This document shows positions 19,202 through 28,856 of a DNA stretch of 64,000 nt, piece after piece. The notes beneath the pieces are model-generated. The model made no database searches. It had not been told where the DNA came from and saw only the letters and a list, made by a program, of their open reading frames with translations. A program made the translations under genes and the position numbers. Origin of the DNA: an uncultured Muribaculaceae bacterium (lineage in GTDB: Bacteria; Bacillota_I; Bacilli_A; RF39; UBA660). How positions within the stretch are numbered: position 1 is the stretch's first letter; each line of letters starts with the position of its first letter. The stretch spans positions 2,563 to 66,562 of the forward strand of contig CAYJFJ010000003.1 of the NCBI GenBank assembly GCA_964369845.1. The letters are read 5' to 3'.

Positions 19202-19744
19202 TTATGACTCTTGCTTTCTTAATCTAATTTTTGTTTCATCTGAAGTTTCACACACACCTTTATTATTAAACGTATTTAATTTTTCTAAATAATCTTTGTA
19301 GGCATCGTTTAATTTTTCTAAATAATTTATTTGTCCTTCATTTGTTATATTGGTAAAATCGTCAAATGCTTTGTTGTGTGGTAATTTTTGATATTTTTTA
19401 TTCTTCTTTATATGGTATAACACTATTAATAAGTTTATTCCTACATTATTTATTATAGATAGTAAATCCATATTATACATATCACATGTAAGTGCAAGAA
19501 AATTATAACTAGCAAAAATTGCTGCACTTTTTACTCTATTAATTTCTCTTTTTTCTAAGCACTCTAAATACTCTTCATATGAGTTAATATTAGTATAATT
19601 TAATTCCTTCATCAGATAAAATTCACTTTTTTCAGAATACTGCTCTATTTTAATATCTGTGTTTTCGTATAACTTAATAATGTATTGATAACCATCTTCG
19701 GAAAATGTTCCTCTAGTTAGTGCTATTAATTTATTTGTTTCCAT
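19202..19744 (-). CDS. Hypothetical protein with central hydrophobic hairpin
   Basis: 180 aa ORF with two hydrophobic segments (AAIFASYNFLALT, VGINLLIVLYHI) and a coiled-coil-like C-terminus. No family recognised. Confidence 0.45.
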   Translation of the reverse strand: METNKLIALTRGTFSEDGYQYIIKLYENTDIKIEQYSEKSEFYLMKELNYTNINSYEEYLECLEKREINRVKSAAIFASYNFLALTCDMYNMDLLSIINNVGINLLIVLYHIKKNKKYQKLPHNKAFDDFTNITNEGQINYLEKLNDAYKDYLEKLNTFNNKGVCETSDETKIRLRKQES

Positions 19745-19823
19745 AACTTCTCCTACCTATTATTATATAAACAATATCCTCAATGTCAATATTTTTGCAT
19801 AAAAAAAACTAAATTTTTAAAAC

Positions 19824-20291
19824 TTAGTTTACTTCAGTGATTGTCACAAAGTATGTTCCTGTCGGACTTTCTACTTCTACTTTATCACCTTTTTTACGAT
19901 TTAAAAGTGCAATACCAAATGGTGATTCGTTAGATATTTTATTATTGAAAGAATCAGCTTCTACTGAACCTACAAGTTTAAATTCTTCTGTATCTCCATC
20001 TTCATATGATACTGTTACTAGTGAACCTAGTGATACTTCTCCAGTTGTTTTTTTCTTTGCAGCTATTTCACAGTGTTCTAATCTATATTCTAAATCCTTG
20101 ATTTTTGCTTCAATTTGAGCTTGTTCATTTCTAGCTGCATCATAATCAGCATTTTCAGATAAGTCTCCCATAGCTCTAGCTTCTTTTAAAGCTATAATAA
20201 CTTCTGGTCTTCTTACATTTTTTAATTCATTTAATTCATTTTCTAATTCGATAAATCCTTCTGGTGTTAATACACAAACATTATCATTCAT
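19824..20291 (-). CDS. greA: Transcription elongation factor GreA
   Basis: Coiled-coil N-domain with DLSENADYDAARNEQ and a C-terminal FKBP-like domain (ISNESPFGIALLNRKKGDKVEV). Start chosen at MNDNV, preceded by an AAGGAG RBS. Confidence 0.93.
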   Translation of the reverse strand: MNDNVCVLTPEGFIELENELNELKNVRRPEVIIALKEARAMGDLSENADYDAARNEQAQIEAKIKDLEYRLEHCEIAAKKKTTGEVSLGSLVTVSYEDGDTEEFKLVGSVEADSFNNKISNESPFGIALLNRKKGDKVEVESPTGTYFVTITEVN

Positions 20292-20343
20292 AATTCTTGT
20301 CTCCTTAATAATCAAACGTTATTTGATAACGATAATAATATTA

Positions 20344-21534
20344 CTACAAATAATCCTTTTTGTCAAACATCTTAGCTCTAATCATTGTAAATGGTTCAAC
20401 CTTTTGGTCTAAAGGCAACTTTATAATCATTTGAGGATGATTTGCAACTTCAATTTCTTCGTTTTTCTCATTATATATATTATTAACTATATAATCAAAA
20501 GGTTCCGAATTTGGACCAAAAAATTCTAATTTGTCACCTTTTTTGAAATAATTTCTCTGCTCTATAGTTACTGTTTTAGTTTCTTCATTATAAAACAAAA
20601 CTATACCTAAAAAATCTTTATTTGTTTTTTCTTCTCTTCCTTGGAAGTACTGGTCTTTTACATCTGGTAATTTACTGAAAAACTGTGATTTTGATTCTCT
20701 GTTTGCACATCTATTTAATATATCTAAGTGATATGCTTCTTCTTTTTTAGTTAATTTATTATTAATTGCTAAATCAAATATTTTTCGGTATGTTCCTATA
20801 ACTGTTGCTACATAGTAAATAGATCTCATTCTTCCTTCGACTTTATATGAAACGATTCCTAAATCCATCATTTCTTTAATATTTACTACCATATTCAAAT
20901 CTTTTGGCGTCATTGTAAACTCTTCTTTGTCTTTATTTTCAAAACACCATCTACACACTTGAGCACATCCGCCTCTGTTCGCATCTCTTTTAGTAGTAAT
21001 ATTGCTCATTACACATTTTCCACTAAAAGATACACACATAGCTCCGTGAACAAATGCTTCAACTTCTATTTTAGTATTATCTATAATTCTTTTGATTTCT
21101 TCTTTAGGCGTTTCTCTTGCTAAAACTATTCTTTTAACTCCAAGAGATTGCCAAAATTTTACTGAGTACTCATTTAATACACTTGCTTGAGTTGAAAGTA
21201 CTACGAATAAATTTAATTTTAAATCTTGCACTAATTTTATAACTGCAATATCACTTGCTATTATTCCATCGACCTTTATTTCTTCTAAGTATTTTAAATA
21301 AGTTTCTAATCCTTCAAAATCTTCATTATGAAAAACTATGTTTAAAGTTACATATAACTTTTTACCTAGTTTGTGCGCATACTCAGTTCCTTCTTTAATT
21401 TGCTCTAAAGAAAAGTTTTTTGCATTTGCTCTTAAACTAAAGTTTTGCCCTCCTATATATACTGCATCTGCACCATATAAAAAAGCTATTTTAAGTCTTT
21501 CTAAATCACCTGCTGGTGCTAGTAATTCAAACAT
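20344..21534 (-). CDS. Peptidase U32 family protein (YrrO/TrhP-type, tRNA ho5U-related in Bacillus)
   Basis: 396 aa. U32 N-terminus ELLAPAGDLERLKIAFLYGADAVYIGG and a Cys-rich segment. Sits in yrrM-yrrN-yrrO-type synteny. Confidence 0.8.
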   Translation of the reverse strand: MFELLAPAGDLERLKIAFLYGADAVYIGGQNFSLRANAKNFSLEQIKEGTEYAHKLGKKLYVTLNIVFHNEDFEGLETYLKYLEEIKVDGIIASDIAVIKLVQDLKLNLFVVLSTQASVLNEYSVKFWQSLGVKRIVLARETPKEEIKRIIDNTKIEVEAFVHGAMCVSFSGKCVMSNITTKRDANRGGCAQVCRWCFENKDKEEFTMTPKDLNMVVNIKEMMDLGIVSYKVEGRMRSIYYVATVIGTYRKIFDLAINNKLTKKEEAYHLDILNRCANRESKSQFFSKLPDVKDQYFQGREEKTNKDFLGIVLFYNEETKTVTIEQRNYFKKGDKLEFFGPNSEPFDYIVNNIYNEKNEEIEVANHPQMIIKLPLDQKVEPFTMIRAKMFDKKDYL

Positions 21535-22304
21535 TATTTGTCACCGCCTTTTAATTTATAAATTGTTTTATTATACAAAAAGCCAGTGTTTTCACTTTCC
21601 TTTTCTAGATCAACAATAAACTCTTCTACTTCCATATTAAATAAATTTATTACAACATAACTTAAATTGTCTTCGTATTTTTCATGTAATCCATTAAATG
21701 TATTATTGTCATAAATTACTGTTCCTTCACTGCTTTCTACACTTAAAAAGTTGTAATCAGTGTTTTTTAAATCAATTACTCTTTCTTTTTCTATATTGTG
21801 AAAACTACTGTAATTACTATTAAGCATTCTTCTTGAATATGAAATATTTAACTTTCCATAACCAAATATTCCTACTGGTTTAATTGCTTTTTTTAGTATT
21901 TCGTTTGTTTCTTCTAGTGTTAAATCTGGAGAAATTATAACTGTGTCTACATAATTTAAATATGCATTTATACTATTATAATTAGTAGCAAAATGATTAT
22001 TAAATAATATTTTTTCTATATTTAAGTCTTTTATAATTTCAAGAACTCCTAAATCATCAAATACTATACCTTTTATGTTTTGAGGAAGTGCTGTAAGTTC
22101 TTTTTTTAACAAATCTAAATCTTTTGATTCAAACAACCTATTTATATATAAATAAGAATTTTCTTCATTTATTTCATTTAACTTAAAGTATTTATTGAAT
22201 CCAACAGAAAAAAACTCAAGTGGGTATAAAAATTTATTTATTCCAAGCACTTTAAGTTTTTCTATGTCTAGATTATTTTGTATAATAACTAGTTTATTTT
22301 GCAT
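21534..22304 (-). CDS. Divergent U32-related protein (YrrN-position gene)
   Basis: 256 aa. Assigned mainly by position between the O-methyltransferase and the U32 gene, with overlapping stop/start codons. Sequence motifs are weak. Confidence 0.4.
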   Translation of the reverse strand: MQNKLVIIQNNLDIEKLKVLGINKFLYPLEFFSVGFNKYFKLNEINEENSYLYINRLFESKDLDLLKKELTALPQNIKGIVFDDLGVLEIIKDLNIEKILFNNHFATNYNSINAYLNYVDTVIISPDLTLEETNEILKKAIKPVGIFGYGKLNISYSRRMLNSNYSSFHNIEKERVIDLKNTDYNFLSVESSEGTVIYDNNTFNGLHEKYEDNLSYVVINLFNMEVEEFIVDLEKESENTGFLYNKTIYKLKGGDK

Positions 22305-22890
22305 CTTTTTTCACACTCACTGATAAACCATCACCAATGTTGTAGAACTTCGTTTCAAATTCTTTATTTTCTTTTAAAAATTCAATATATCCTTCTATTT
22401 TTTGTACTAAACTTTTTAGGTTTGATTTATCCATCTCATTAGAAGTTCCTACATAACCATGGAAATTTATATTATCTGTTATAATTACTCCTCCAGGTTT
22501 TAAAAAATATTTGAATTTTTCGAAAAAGTTAGTATATTGACCTTTAGCTGCATCTATAAAAATTAAATCATATTTTAAATCTTCTGATAAATTTACTTCA
22601 AGTGCATCTTGATATACTACGTTTATTCTGTTTTCTAGTTTACTTCTTTTAACATTTTTTAAACACTCCATATAACGAGTTTCATCTCGCTCTATAGTTG
22701 TTATGCTTGAATCAACATATGCTGATGCCATTAAAATTGCTGAATAACCTATAGCACTTCCTATTTCTAATATATTCTCTATTTTGTTTGCTTTAATAAA
22801 TTTCATTATAAATGTTATAGAATCTTTTTCTATAATTGGAACGTTATGCTGCGTGGCATACTCCTCCATATCCATAATTATTTCTTTCAT
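22294..22890 (-). CDS. trmR: SAM-dependent O-methyltransferase, YrrM/TrmR-like
   Basis: Class I methyltransferase motif I (ILEIGSAIGYSAILMA), acidic motif (IFIDAAK) and conserved neighbourhood (mltG upstream, U32 genes downstream). Confidence 0.7.
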   Translation of the reverse strand: MKEIIMDMEEYATQHNVPIIEKDSITFIMKFIKANKIENILEIGSAIGYSAILMASAYVDSSITTIERDETRYMECLKNVKRSKLENRINVVYQDALEVNLSEDLKYDLIFIDAAKGQYTNFFEKFKYFLKPGGVIITDNINFHGYVGTSNEMDKSNLKSLVQKIEGYIEFLKENKEFETKFYNIGDGLSVSVKKDAK

Positions 22891-22902
22891 TGTTTTTACT
22901 CC

Positions 22903-23964
22903 TTAATATAATCCTGCATTTTTTATTTGTAATTCAGCATCTTTTGCTAAAAATTCTTCGTACGTTTCGAAAAAATGTACTTTACCATTTGAAACATCTG
23001 CAATGAAATACAAATTGTTTTTATTTGACGGATTTAATACTGCTGTTAATGACTCAAAAGAAGGATTACATATTGGTCCTACTGGTAAGCCTAAAAAATT
23101 TGCAGCTCTAGTATTATAACCGTTTTCATCGTTTAAGTCACTATAATTTAGTAATTCTTTCATATCTTTTTGAACTCCATAGTATGTTGTTACGTCCATT
23201 CCTAGTGTCATTGGATATGCTAAACGTGAATAAATTACTTGCGCTACGTCTTTGCGATCATCAGTTTCTACAGCTTCAAGTTCTGTTATCGATGCCATGG
23301 TAAGAAGTTCGTGAAGTGTATAACCACTTTCTTTGATATTAGTACTTAAACTAGATATTTGATTTGCTGTTTCTAGCAATAGTTTTTCAATTATTTGCTC
23401 TATAGTTGCATCTTCATAAAATTCATAAGTATTTGGAAATAAATATCCTTCGAGTGGATAATATATATCATTATCTAAAATTTCATTTGTTAAAAAATCA
23501 TATGAAGCTATTAAACTTTCGTTATATTCAGTATCTGTAAATACTTTTATTACTTCATCGTAAGTGTAATTGAAGTTTTCACTTATTATATATGCATAGT
23601 TAGTTACTCTCATTCCTTCTGGAAATGTTACTTTTATCGTATCTGCGTATATATTTGTATCTCCTGATTCTAACTGTTCTAATACTTGTGATGCTGTGCT
23701 AAATCTATTAATGTTATATGTTCCTGCTTGCAAATTCATATTAAAGTTAGCAAGCATATAAATTTTTGCTGCAAGACTACTTTTTATAACTCCTGCTGCT
23801 TTTAAATCATCAATTATATCAAATTTACTTGTTCCACTTTTAATTTCTATTGTTACATATTCATCAGTTTCACTTACTCTTTGTAAACCAAAATACGTGA
23901 AAACTGTCACTGATACTATTAATAAAACCAATACCCCTGTTATAATTAAAATTATCTTTTTCAT
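22903..23964 (-). CDS. mltG: Endolytic murein transglycosylase MltG (YceG-like)
   Basis: N-terminal TM and YceG domain signatures (LASIIE-like TMASITELEA, YNTRAANFLGLPVGPICNP). Confidence 0.85.
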   Translation of the reverse strand: MKKIILIITGVLVLLIVSVTVFTYFGLQRVSETDEYVTIEIKSGTSKFDIIDDLKAAGVIKSSLAAKIYMLANFNMNLQAGTYNINRFSTASQVLEQLESGDTNIYADTIKVTFPEGMRVTNYAYIISENFNYTYDEVIKVFTDTEYNESLIASYDFLTNEILDNDIYYPLEGYLFPNTYEFYEDATIEQIIEKLLLETANQISSLSTNIKESGYTLHELLTMASITELEAVETDDRKDVAQVIYSRLAYPMTLGMDVTTYYGVQKDMKELLNYSDLNDENGYNTRAANFLGLPVGPICNPSFESLTAVLNPSNKNNLYFIADVSNGKVHFFETYEEFLAKDAELQIKNAGLY

Positions 23965-23965
23965 A

Positions 23966-24208
23966 TTACCCTTCTTTTTTCATCTTATTTACTATTTTAT
24001 CTAAAAACTCTTTTTCTTCTTCAGTAACTTCTTTTAATGTTACTTTATCAAGAGACTTAGCATACGACATTACCGTTTTACCATCTTTATTTGGTTTTGC
24101 ATTTCTAAACACAAAATATTCTGCATTATTTTTTTTGAATTTTAATAATAGAGGATATTTTTGCTTAACATTACTTTTACTCGTAATAACTATATTATTT
24201 TCTTGCAT
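23966..24208 (-). CDS. Small DUF1292/YrzB-like protein
   Basis: 80 aa. Assigned by position between ruvX and mltG, as yrzB is in Bacillus, and by matching size and composition. Confidence 0.45.
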   Translation of the reverse strand: MQENNIVITSKSNVKQKYPLLLKFKKNNAEYFVFRNAKPNKDGKTVMSYAKSLDKVTLKEVTEEEKEFLDKIVNKMKKEG

Positions 24209-24620
24209 TTTCTACCCTTTTCATAAATGTTTCTAAAATTAAACATGCTGATAATGTATCTATAACTTTTTTACTTTGTCTAGTGTCTTTACCATTGAAA
24301 TGAAGTATATTTTGCGCAAATATAGTTGTAAGTCTTTCATCTTCAAAATGTATATTTATACCTTCTTTATTAATAAATTTAAGTAATTCATCAGATCTTT
24401 TTGTAGCAAAACCTTCACTTCCATCCATGTTTTTAGGTTTTCCTATAACTAGATCTGTTACTTTATTTTCTAAAATTATACTATTTATTTCTTTAGCTAA
24501 AAAATCATAATCTTCTGATTTATAACTAATTGTTTTTACTGGGCACGCTATTGTATTACTTTGATCAGTAATTGCTACACCGCATCTTTTAGTTCCCAAG
24601 TCTAAAGCTAATACTCTCAT
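24195..24620 (-). CDS. ruvX: Putative pre-16S rRNA nuclease / Holliday junction resolvase-like RuvX (YqgF)
   Basis: MRVLALDLGTKRCGVAITD N-terminus and an RNase H-like fold pattern, 141 aa. Confidence 0.9.
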   Translation of the reverse strand: MRVLALDLGTKRCGVAITDQSNTIACPVKTISYKSEDYDFLAKEINSIILENKVTDLVIGKPKNMDGSEGFATKRSDELLKFINKEGINIHFEDERLTTIFAQNILHFNGKDTRQSKKVIDTLSACLILETFMKRVENARK

Positions 24621-24862
24621 TATATTTCAAAACAATTATTAAGAAGTGCACTTAATAATTCCCTTCTATCATATTTTTTTATTATGCTTCTTGCATTTTC
24701 TTTATTAGTTATATATAAATCATCGCCTGTTAATATATAGCCAATTATTTGATTACTTGGATTATATCCATTACTTTTTAATTTTTGCATAACTTCTTTT
24801 AATTCTATAAGGATTAATTCCTGTCTTAATTCTTTAAAGTCATATATACTTGTTTTATCCAT
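24620..24862 (-). CDS. IreB-family regulatory phosphoprotein (UPF0297/YrzL)
   Basis: GYNPSNQIIGYILTGDDLYITNKENARSIIKKYDRRELL matches the IreB/UPF0297 signature. Start moved to MDKTS (24862), behind a GAGGTG RBS. Confidence 0.75.
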   Translation of the reverse strand: MDKTSIYDFKELRQELILIELKEVMQKLKSNGYNPSNQIIGYILTGDDLYITNKENARSIIKKYDRRELLSALLNNCFEI

Positions 24863-25094
24863 TTTACACCTCAAAGTACAAATACATTTTATCAAAAATA
24901 TGACCATATATCAAGGTTAGTTTCGTTTTCCACTATTATAATTAGTACATACCTTTAATTTATTGCATTTTTTTATCTGAGTATCTAACATGTTTTTTCA
25001 GTTATATTAATATATTTATTTTTTTGTTAACTAGTTGTATACATGATATATAATTTTTGATATAATATTTTTATAATAGATGAAGTGAGGTAAA

Positions 25095-26726
25095 ATGAAA
25101 CGATTAAACATCATGATATTTGCAATTATTTTTTTTGCAGTAATAACAATGTCAATAGGATATTCAGCATTAAATGCAGAGTTATCGATAAGTGGTTCGG
25201 CTTATGTTAAAGCGGATCAATCTATCCGGATTATCAGCAACGAGGTTAAATACGCTAGTAGTTCTTATGCTACTTATGCTCCAACTTTTACAGATAATAC
25301 TATAACAAACCACTCTACACTAGAGTATGGTACGTCAGTGCTTGAATATGAAATAGGAATAAGAAATTCTACTAGTTTTCCTTATTTCATTGAAGATATT
25401 AATGAACTTCTTGATGATAATGAAAATATATTTTACACTATAGTCGGACTTAGTAATTATCAAGAAATTAAACCTGGAGAAACGATTTATTTTACTTTAA
25501 GACTTAAAATGAACAGAGCTCATACTATTCAAAGTGAGTCATTATCTATTGAATTTAATTTTGCTCAAAGTTATATATTTGAAGATGATGTTTTAAATGG
25601 AGCTGACCCTGAACTACTTTTTGGTATGGTTCCTATTACGTATACTAAAAATGGTACTATAAAAAAGGCAGATATCAATTTGAATTGGTACTCATATTTG
25701 GACAAAGAATGGGCAAATGCTGTTATCGTTACTGAAGAATCGCGTCAAAATTACGATACTGCAGCTCCTGGAACAAAAATTAATGAAAGTGATATTTTAG
25801 GTTATTATGTATGGATTCCTAGATTTGAATATTTAATATTTAATAATACAGCTAATGCTGTTGATAAAACTGAAATAGACATAAGATTTGTGACTAAAGA
25901 TGAACCTATAAAAACTTCTACTCAATTAAATTATTATGTTACTCACCCTGCTTTTGATTACGGTGGTGAACTCTTAGCTGGTATTTGGGTTGGAAAATTC
26001 GAAACTACAGGTACTTTGACTAATCCGACAATCTTACCTAATGAAACATCTTTAAAATCACCTATTAAAAATTTATTTGACGCTAACTTAATATTTTCTG
26101 GAGGAACTTATGAAGATAATTCTTCAATTACTTATGATAGTAATATATATTATGGTTTAACTGCTTCTACCGAAAGTAAAATGATTCAAGAAGATGAATG
26201 GGGAGCTATTACTATATTATCAAGTAGTAAATATGGATCAGATAGCATTTGGAATAACTCCTCTACTACTACCGGGTGTAGTGGTGACTCTCAAGATGAT
26301 GCTAATAAAGCAGCATGTATAAATGCATTTGGAACTAATTCAAGTGGTATTTATAACCAAAGTACTACTGGGAATATATATGGTCTTTTTGATACTGCTG
26401 GTGGTGCCTGGGAATATACTATGGGTACATACGATGGAGCTATTTCATATTCTGGCTTCACTAGTGAATTTCTTTTAAATAACCAAAAATTTTATACATA
26501 TATAAGTTCTAGTTATATTAATAACTTAGGATTAACTATAGATGAAACTAAAACGTGGGATGGAGATTTATACGTTCCTACCACTTCTTCAATACCATGG
26601 TCTATTCGTGGAAACAACTATAAAGGAGGCTCTCAAAGTGGAATTTATACTGTTGGTAATACTAGAGGAAATGCAGCAGATAACGGAACTAGAAACGTTA
26701 TTATAAACGCTCCTATATTTGATTAA
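25095..26726 (+). CDS. Secreted/anchored protein with C-terminal FGE-sulfatase (SUMF1)-like domain
   Basis: GAGG RBS, N-terminal hydrophobic signal/anchor, then IGYSALNAELSISGSA. The C-terminal half has HPAF...GIWVGKFETTG and YGLFDTAGGAWEYTMG, resembling the FGE-sulfatase / C-type-lectin-like fold (GKYE ... GNVWEW pattern). Confidence 0.45.
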   Translation: MKRLNIMIFAIIFFAVITMSIGYSALNAELSISGSAYVKADQSIRIISNEVKYASSSYATYAPTFTDNTITNHSTLEYGTSVLEYEIGIRNSTSFPYFIEDINELLDDNENIFYTIVGLSNYQEIKPGETIYFTLRLKMNRAHTIQSESLSIEFNFAQSYIFEDDVLNGADPELLFGMVPITYTKNGTIKKADINLNWYSYLDKEWANAVIVTEESRQNYDTAAPGTKINESDILGYYVWIPRFEYLIFNNTANAVDKTEIDIRFVTKDEPIKTSTQLNYYVTHPAFDYGGELLAGIWVGKFETTGTLTNPTILPNETSLKSPIKNLFDANLIFSGGTYEDNSSITYDSNIYYGLTASTESKMIQEDEWGAITILSSSKYGSDSIWNNSSTTTGCSGDSQDDANKAACINAFGTNSSGIYNQSTTGNIYGLFDTAGGAWEYTMGTYDGAISYSGFTSEFLLNNQKFYTYISSSYINNLGLTIDETKTWDGDLYVPTTSSIPWSIRGNNYKGGSQSGIYTVGNTRGNAADNGTRNVIINAPIFD

Positions 26727-26754
26727 CCTTGTTTTTTTAACAAGGTTTTTTTTA
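26726..26754 (+). terminator. Intrinsic terminator
   Basis: ACCTTGTT (26726..26733) / AACAAGGT (26739..26746) followed by a T8 run, immediately after the stop of the 25095..26726 gene. Confidence 0.6.
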
Positions 26755-26773
26755 CTTTAATTTGCGCATAAAA

Positions 26774-26797
26774 AAAACTTCTAATATTAGAAGTTTT
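26774..26797 (-). terminator. Intrinsic terminator downstream of the tRNA pair
   Basis: AAAACTTCTAA / TTAGAAGTTTT inverted repeat. On the minus RNA it is followed by a U-run. Confidence 0.5.
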
Positions 26798-26807
26798 AAT
26801 TTACAAT

Positions 26808-26891
26808 GGTGCAGGCAAAGGGACTTGAACCCCCATGGATTACTCCACTAGATCCTAAGTCTAGCGCGTCTACCAATTTCGCCATGCCTGC
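26808..26891 (-). tRNA. tRNA-Leu (anticodon UAG), CCA encoded
   Basis: Reverse complement GCAGGCATGGCGAAATTGGTAGACGCGCTAGACTTAGGATCTAGTGGAGTAATCCATGGGGGTTCAAGTCCCTTTGCCTGCACCA. It has a 7-bp acceptor stem, anticodon loop CTTAGGA, a long variable arm and a T-loop GGTTCAAGTCC. Confidence 0.9.
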
Positions 26892-26898
26892 ATTACAA

Positions 26899-26975
26899 TG
26901 GTGGACCTCGTAGGACTCGAACCTACGACCGCCCGGTTATGAGCCGGATGCTCTAACCAGCTGAGCTAGAGGTCC
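26899..26975 (-). tRNA. tRNA with CAU anticodon, CCA encoded; probably tRNA-Ile2 (lysidine type) rather than Met
   Basis: Reverse complement GGACCTCTAGCTCAGCTGGTTAGAGCATCCGGCTCATAACCGGGCGGTCGTAGGTTCGAGTCCTACGAGGTCCACCA. Clean cloverleaf. The body closely resembles the Bacillus tRNA-Ile(CAU) as I recall it. Identity (Ile2 vs Met) is not provable by eye. Confidence 0.88.
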
Positions 26976-27097
26976 ACTGCCATTTAATTTTATCATATAT
27001 TTTTTAGTTGTGCAATAAAAAAATAGTTAATTTTAATATTTTTTTTACTTTATAGATTTTTTATAATTTATTTGATACAATTTAATAGAGGTAGATT

Positions 27098-28297
27098 ATG
27101 AAAAAAATTATTTTTACTATATTAATACTGTTTATTCCACTTGGAGTAAATGCTTTGGATATTAAATCCACTAACTATTTATTATATAATGAAACAGATG
27201 GAACTGTTCTTCTTGAACAAAATTCCGAGGAAAAAGATTATGTTGCAAGCCTTACTAAAATTGCTACTGCAATTGTAGCTATAGAAAATATTGATAATAT
27301 TCATGAGACTGTTGTTATTCCTCAAGAAGGACTTGCAGGACTTAGCGAAGCTAATGCATCTGTTGCTGGTTTTAGATTAGGTCAGGTTGTTACATATGAA
27401 GATTTACTTTATGGACTTATGCTTCCTAGTGGTGGTGATGCTGCTCAAACTCTTGCTTTTTTATTAGTTGGTAGTAATGAAGAATTTGTTAATCTTATGA
27501 ATAAGTTTGTATTGTCTTTAGGACTTGAAAATACTAATTTTGAAAACACTACTGGATTGTATGATGAAAACCACTACTCTACTGTAAGTGATATGCTTGA
27601 AATATTGAAATACGCTCTTAATAATGATACTTTCAAAGAAATATTTACTAGTGAAAAATATTTAACTTCTGATACTTCTATTACTTTTAAAAATTCATTT
27701 GTTACAATTAATGAAATTCAAAATTTGACTAACGAACATATTTTAGGTGGTAAAACTGGTTATATTAATCAAGCTGGATTTTGTTTTGCAAGCATCGCTA
27801 CGATAAATGACATTGATTATATATTAATTACTACTGGAGCTGATGCTACTACTGGTGATGCACTTCATATAATGGATGCTCATAATATATATTCTTATGT
27901 TGAAGAAACATTTAAGTACATATATCCTTATAAAGAAGATGATATACTTGGCTATATAGATGTAAAGTATAGTGACATATATCAATATACTATTAAAGCT
28001 ACCGATACGTTTCAATTTCTAACCGATACATCACTTGAAAAAGAAGATTTTACTTTTAATTATATTGGAGATGATTTTATTACTCCTGAAACAAAAAGTG
28101 GGAAAGTTGGCATTATTGAAGTTGTTTACAATAATAAAGTTATACATACTACTGATGTAATTTATGATGGATCAGTTAACTACTCTTTTGAAGGACTTGT
28201 TGAAGTGTACTGGCAAAATATTTTAGTTTCCGTAGTATTTATAATTATAATACTAATAACTTTGTTTAAAGTTAAAAATGAAAAAAGAAAAAACTAG
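27098..28297 (+). CDS. Serine-type D-alanyl-D-alanine carboxypeptidase (PBP5/DacB-like, peptidase S11) with C-terminal membrane anchor
   Basis: Signal peptide, SxxK (ASLTKIAT), SxN-like (LPSGGDAA), KTG (GGKTGY), and a C-terminal TM followed by basic residues. Confidence 0.8.
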   Translation: MKKIIFTILILFIPLGVNALDIKSTNYLLYNETDGTVLLEQNSEEKDYVASLTKIATAIVAIENIDNIHETVVIPQEGLAGLSEANASVAGFRLGQVVTYEDLLYGLMLPSGGDAAQTLAFLLVGSNEEFVNLMNKFVLSLGLENTNFENTTGLYDENHYSTVSDMLEILKYALNNDTFKEIFTSEKYLTSDTSITFKNSFVTINEIQNLTNEHILGGKTGYINQAGFCFASIATINDIDYILITTGADATTGDALHIMDAHNIYSYVEETFKYIYPYKEDDILGYIDVKYSDIYQYTIKATDTFQFLTDTSLEKEDFTFNYIGDDFITPETKSGKVGIIEVVYNNKVIHTTDVIYDGSVNYSFEGLVEVYWQNILVSVVFIIIILITLFKVKNEKRKN

Positions 28298-28317
28298 ATG
28301 AAATTTCATCTAGTTTT
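28290..28317. terminator. Bidirectional hairpin between convergent genes
   Basis: AAAACTAGATGAAATTTCATCTAGTTTT is a perfect long palindrome flanked by A- and T-runs. It overlaps the carboxypeptidase stop and abuts the stop of ORF 28318..28746. Confidence 0.55.
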
Positions 28318-28746
28318 TTACTTTATTTTACTAACTCCTATTTTGATTACTGCTTTACCTTTACTAACTTCGCTTAAATCTTTTAATAATAAATTGTTTT
28401 CTTTTTCCATTTTTGTAAGCTGATATTCCAATGATTTAATAGCTTCAGTCATTTTACTTGCACATATTAAAGGTACTAGTGACAATACTATAGATGTTGC
28501 TTTATGTAGTGTGCCTTCTGTCGGCGCTAAAACTAAAACATTCGTTAATACTATAGAAAATATTATATCTATCGTTGCTAAGATTTTTCTTTGTTTTATG
28601 TTGGATAAATTTAATGATTTCTTCATTAAATTATAACTTATTTTATCTTTTACTATTTCTACCGCTTCTAATATTTGTAATTTTTCTTCTTCTGTAATAT
28701 TCATACGAAATGCTGTTGTAGATTTCATTTTATATTTGTTTATCAC
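28318..28746 (-). CDS. Hypothetical small membrane protein (coiled-coil / 2 TM / coiled-coil)
   Basis: 142 aa with two hydrophobic helices (ILATIDIIFSIVLTNVLVLA, SIVLSLVPLICA) flanked by charged helical segments. Confidence 0.45.
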   Translation of the reverse strand: MINKYKMKSTTAFRMNITEEEKLQILEAVEIVKDKISYNLMKKSLNLSNIKQRKILATIDIIFSIVLTNVLVLAPTEGTLHKATSIVLSLVPLICASKMTEAIKSLEYQLTKMEKENNLLLKDLSEVSKGKAVIKIGVSKIK

Positions 28747-28856
28747 TTGATCATCTCCTAATTATTTAATGCCTATTGCCATAATAACACAAATATTCTT
28801 TTATATCTACAAATTGACAAATTATTTCAAAAGAAAAGAAAACTTAAAAAGTTTTC

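Noticed and set aside
18950-19207. 85-aa plus-strand ORF between tig and the 19202 gene.
   Set aside because: The translation is extremely Phe/Leu/Ile-rich, there is no RBS, and the ORF overlaps the tig start. The same DNA encodes a better-supported minus-strand 56-codon ORF coupled to the upstream gene.
24908-27097. tRNA-adjacent region considered as an integrated genomic island.
   Set aside because: No integrase, no duplicated tRNA 3' end and no flanking direct repeat were visible. It is reported only as a mild strand-switch oddity.
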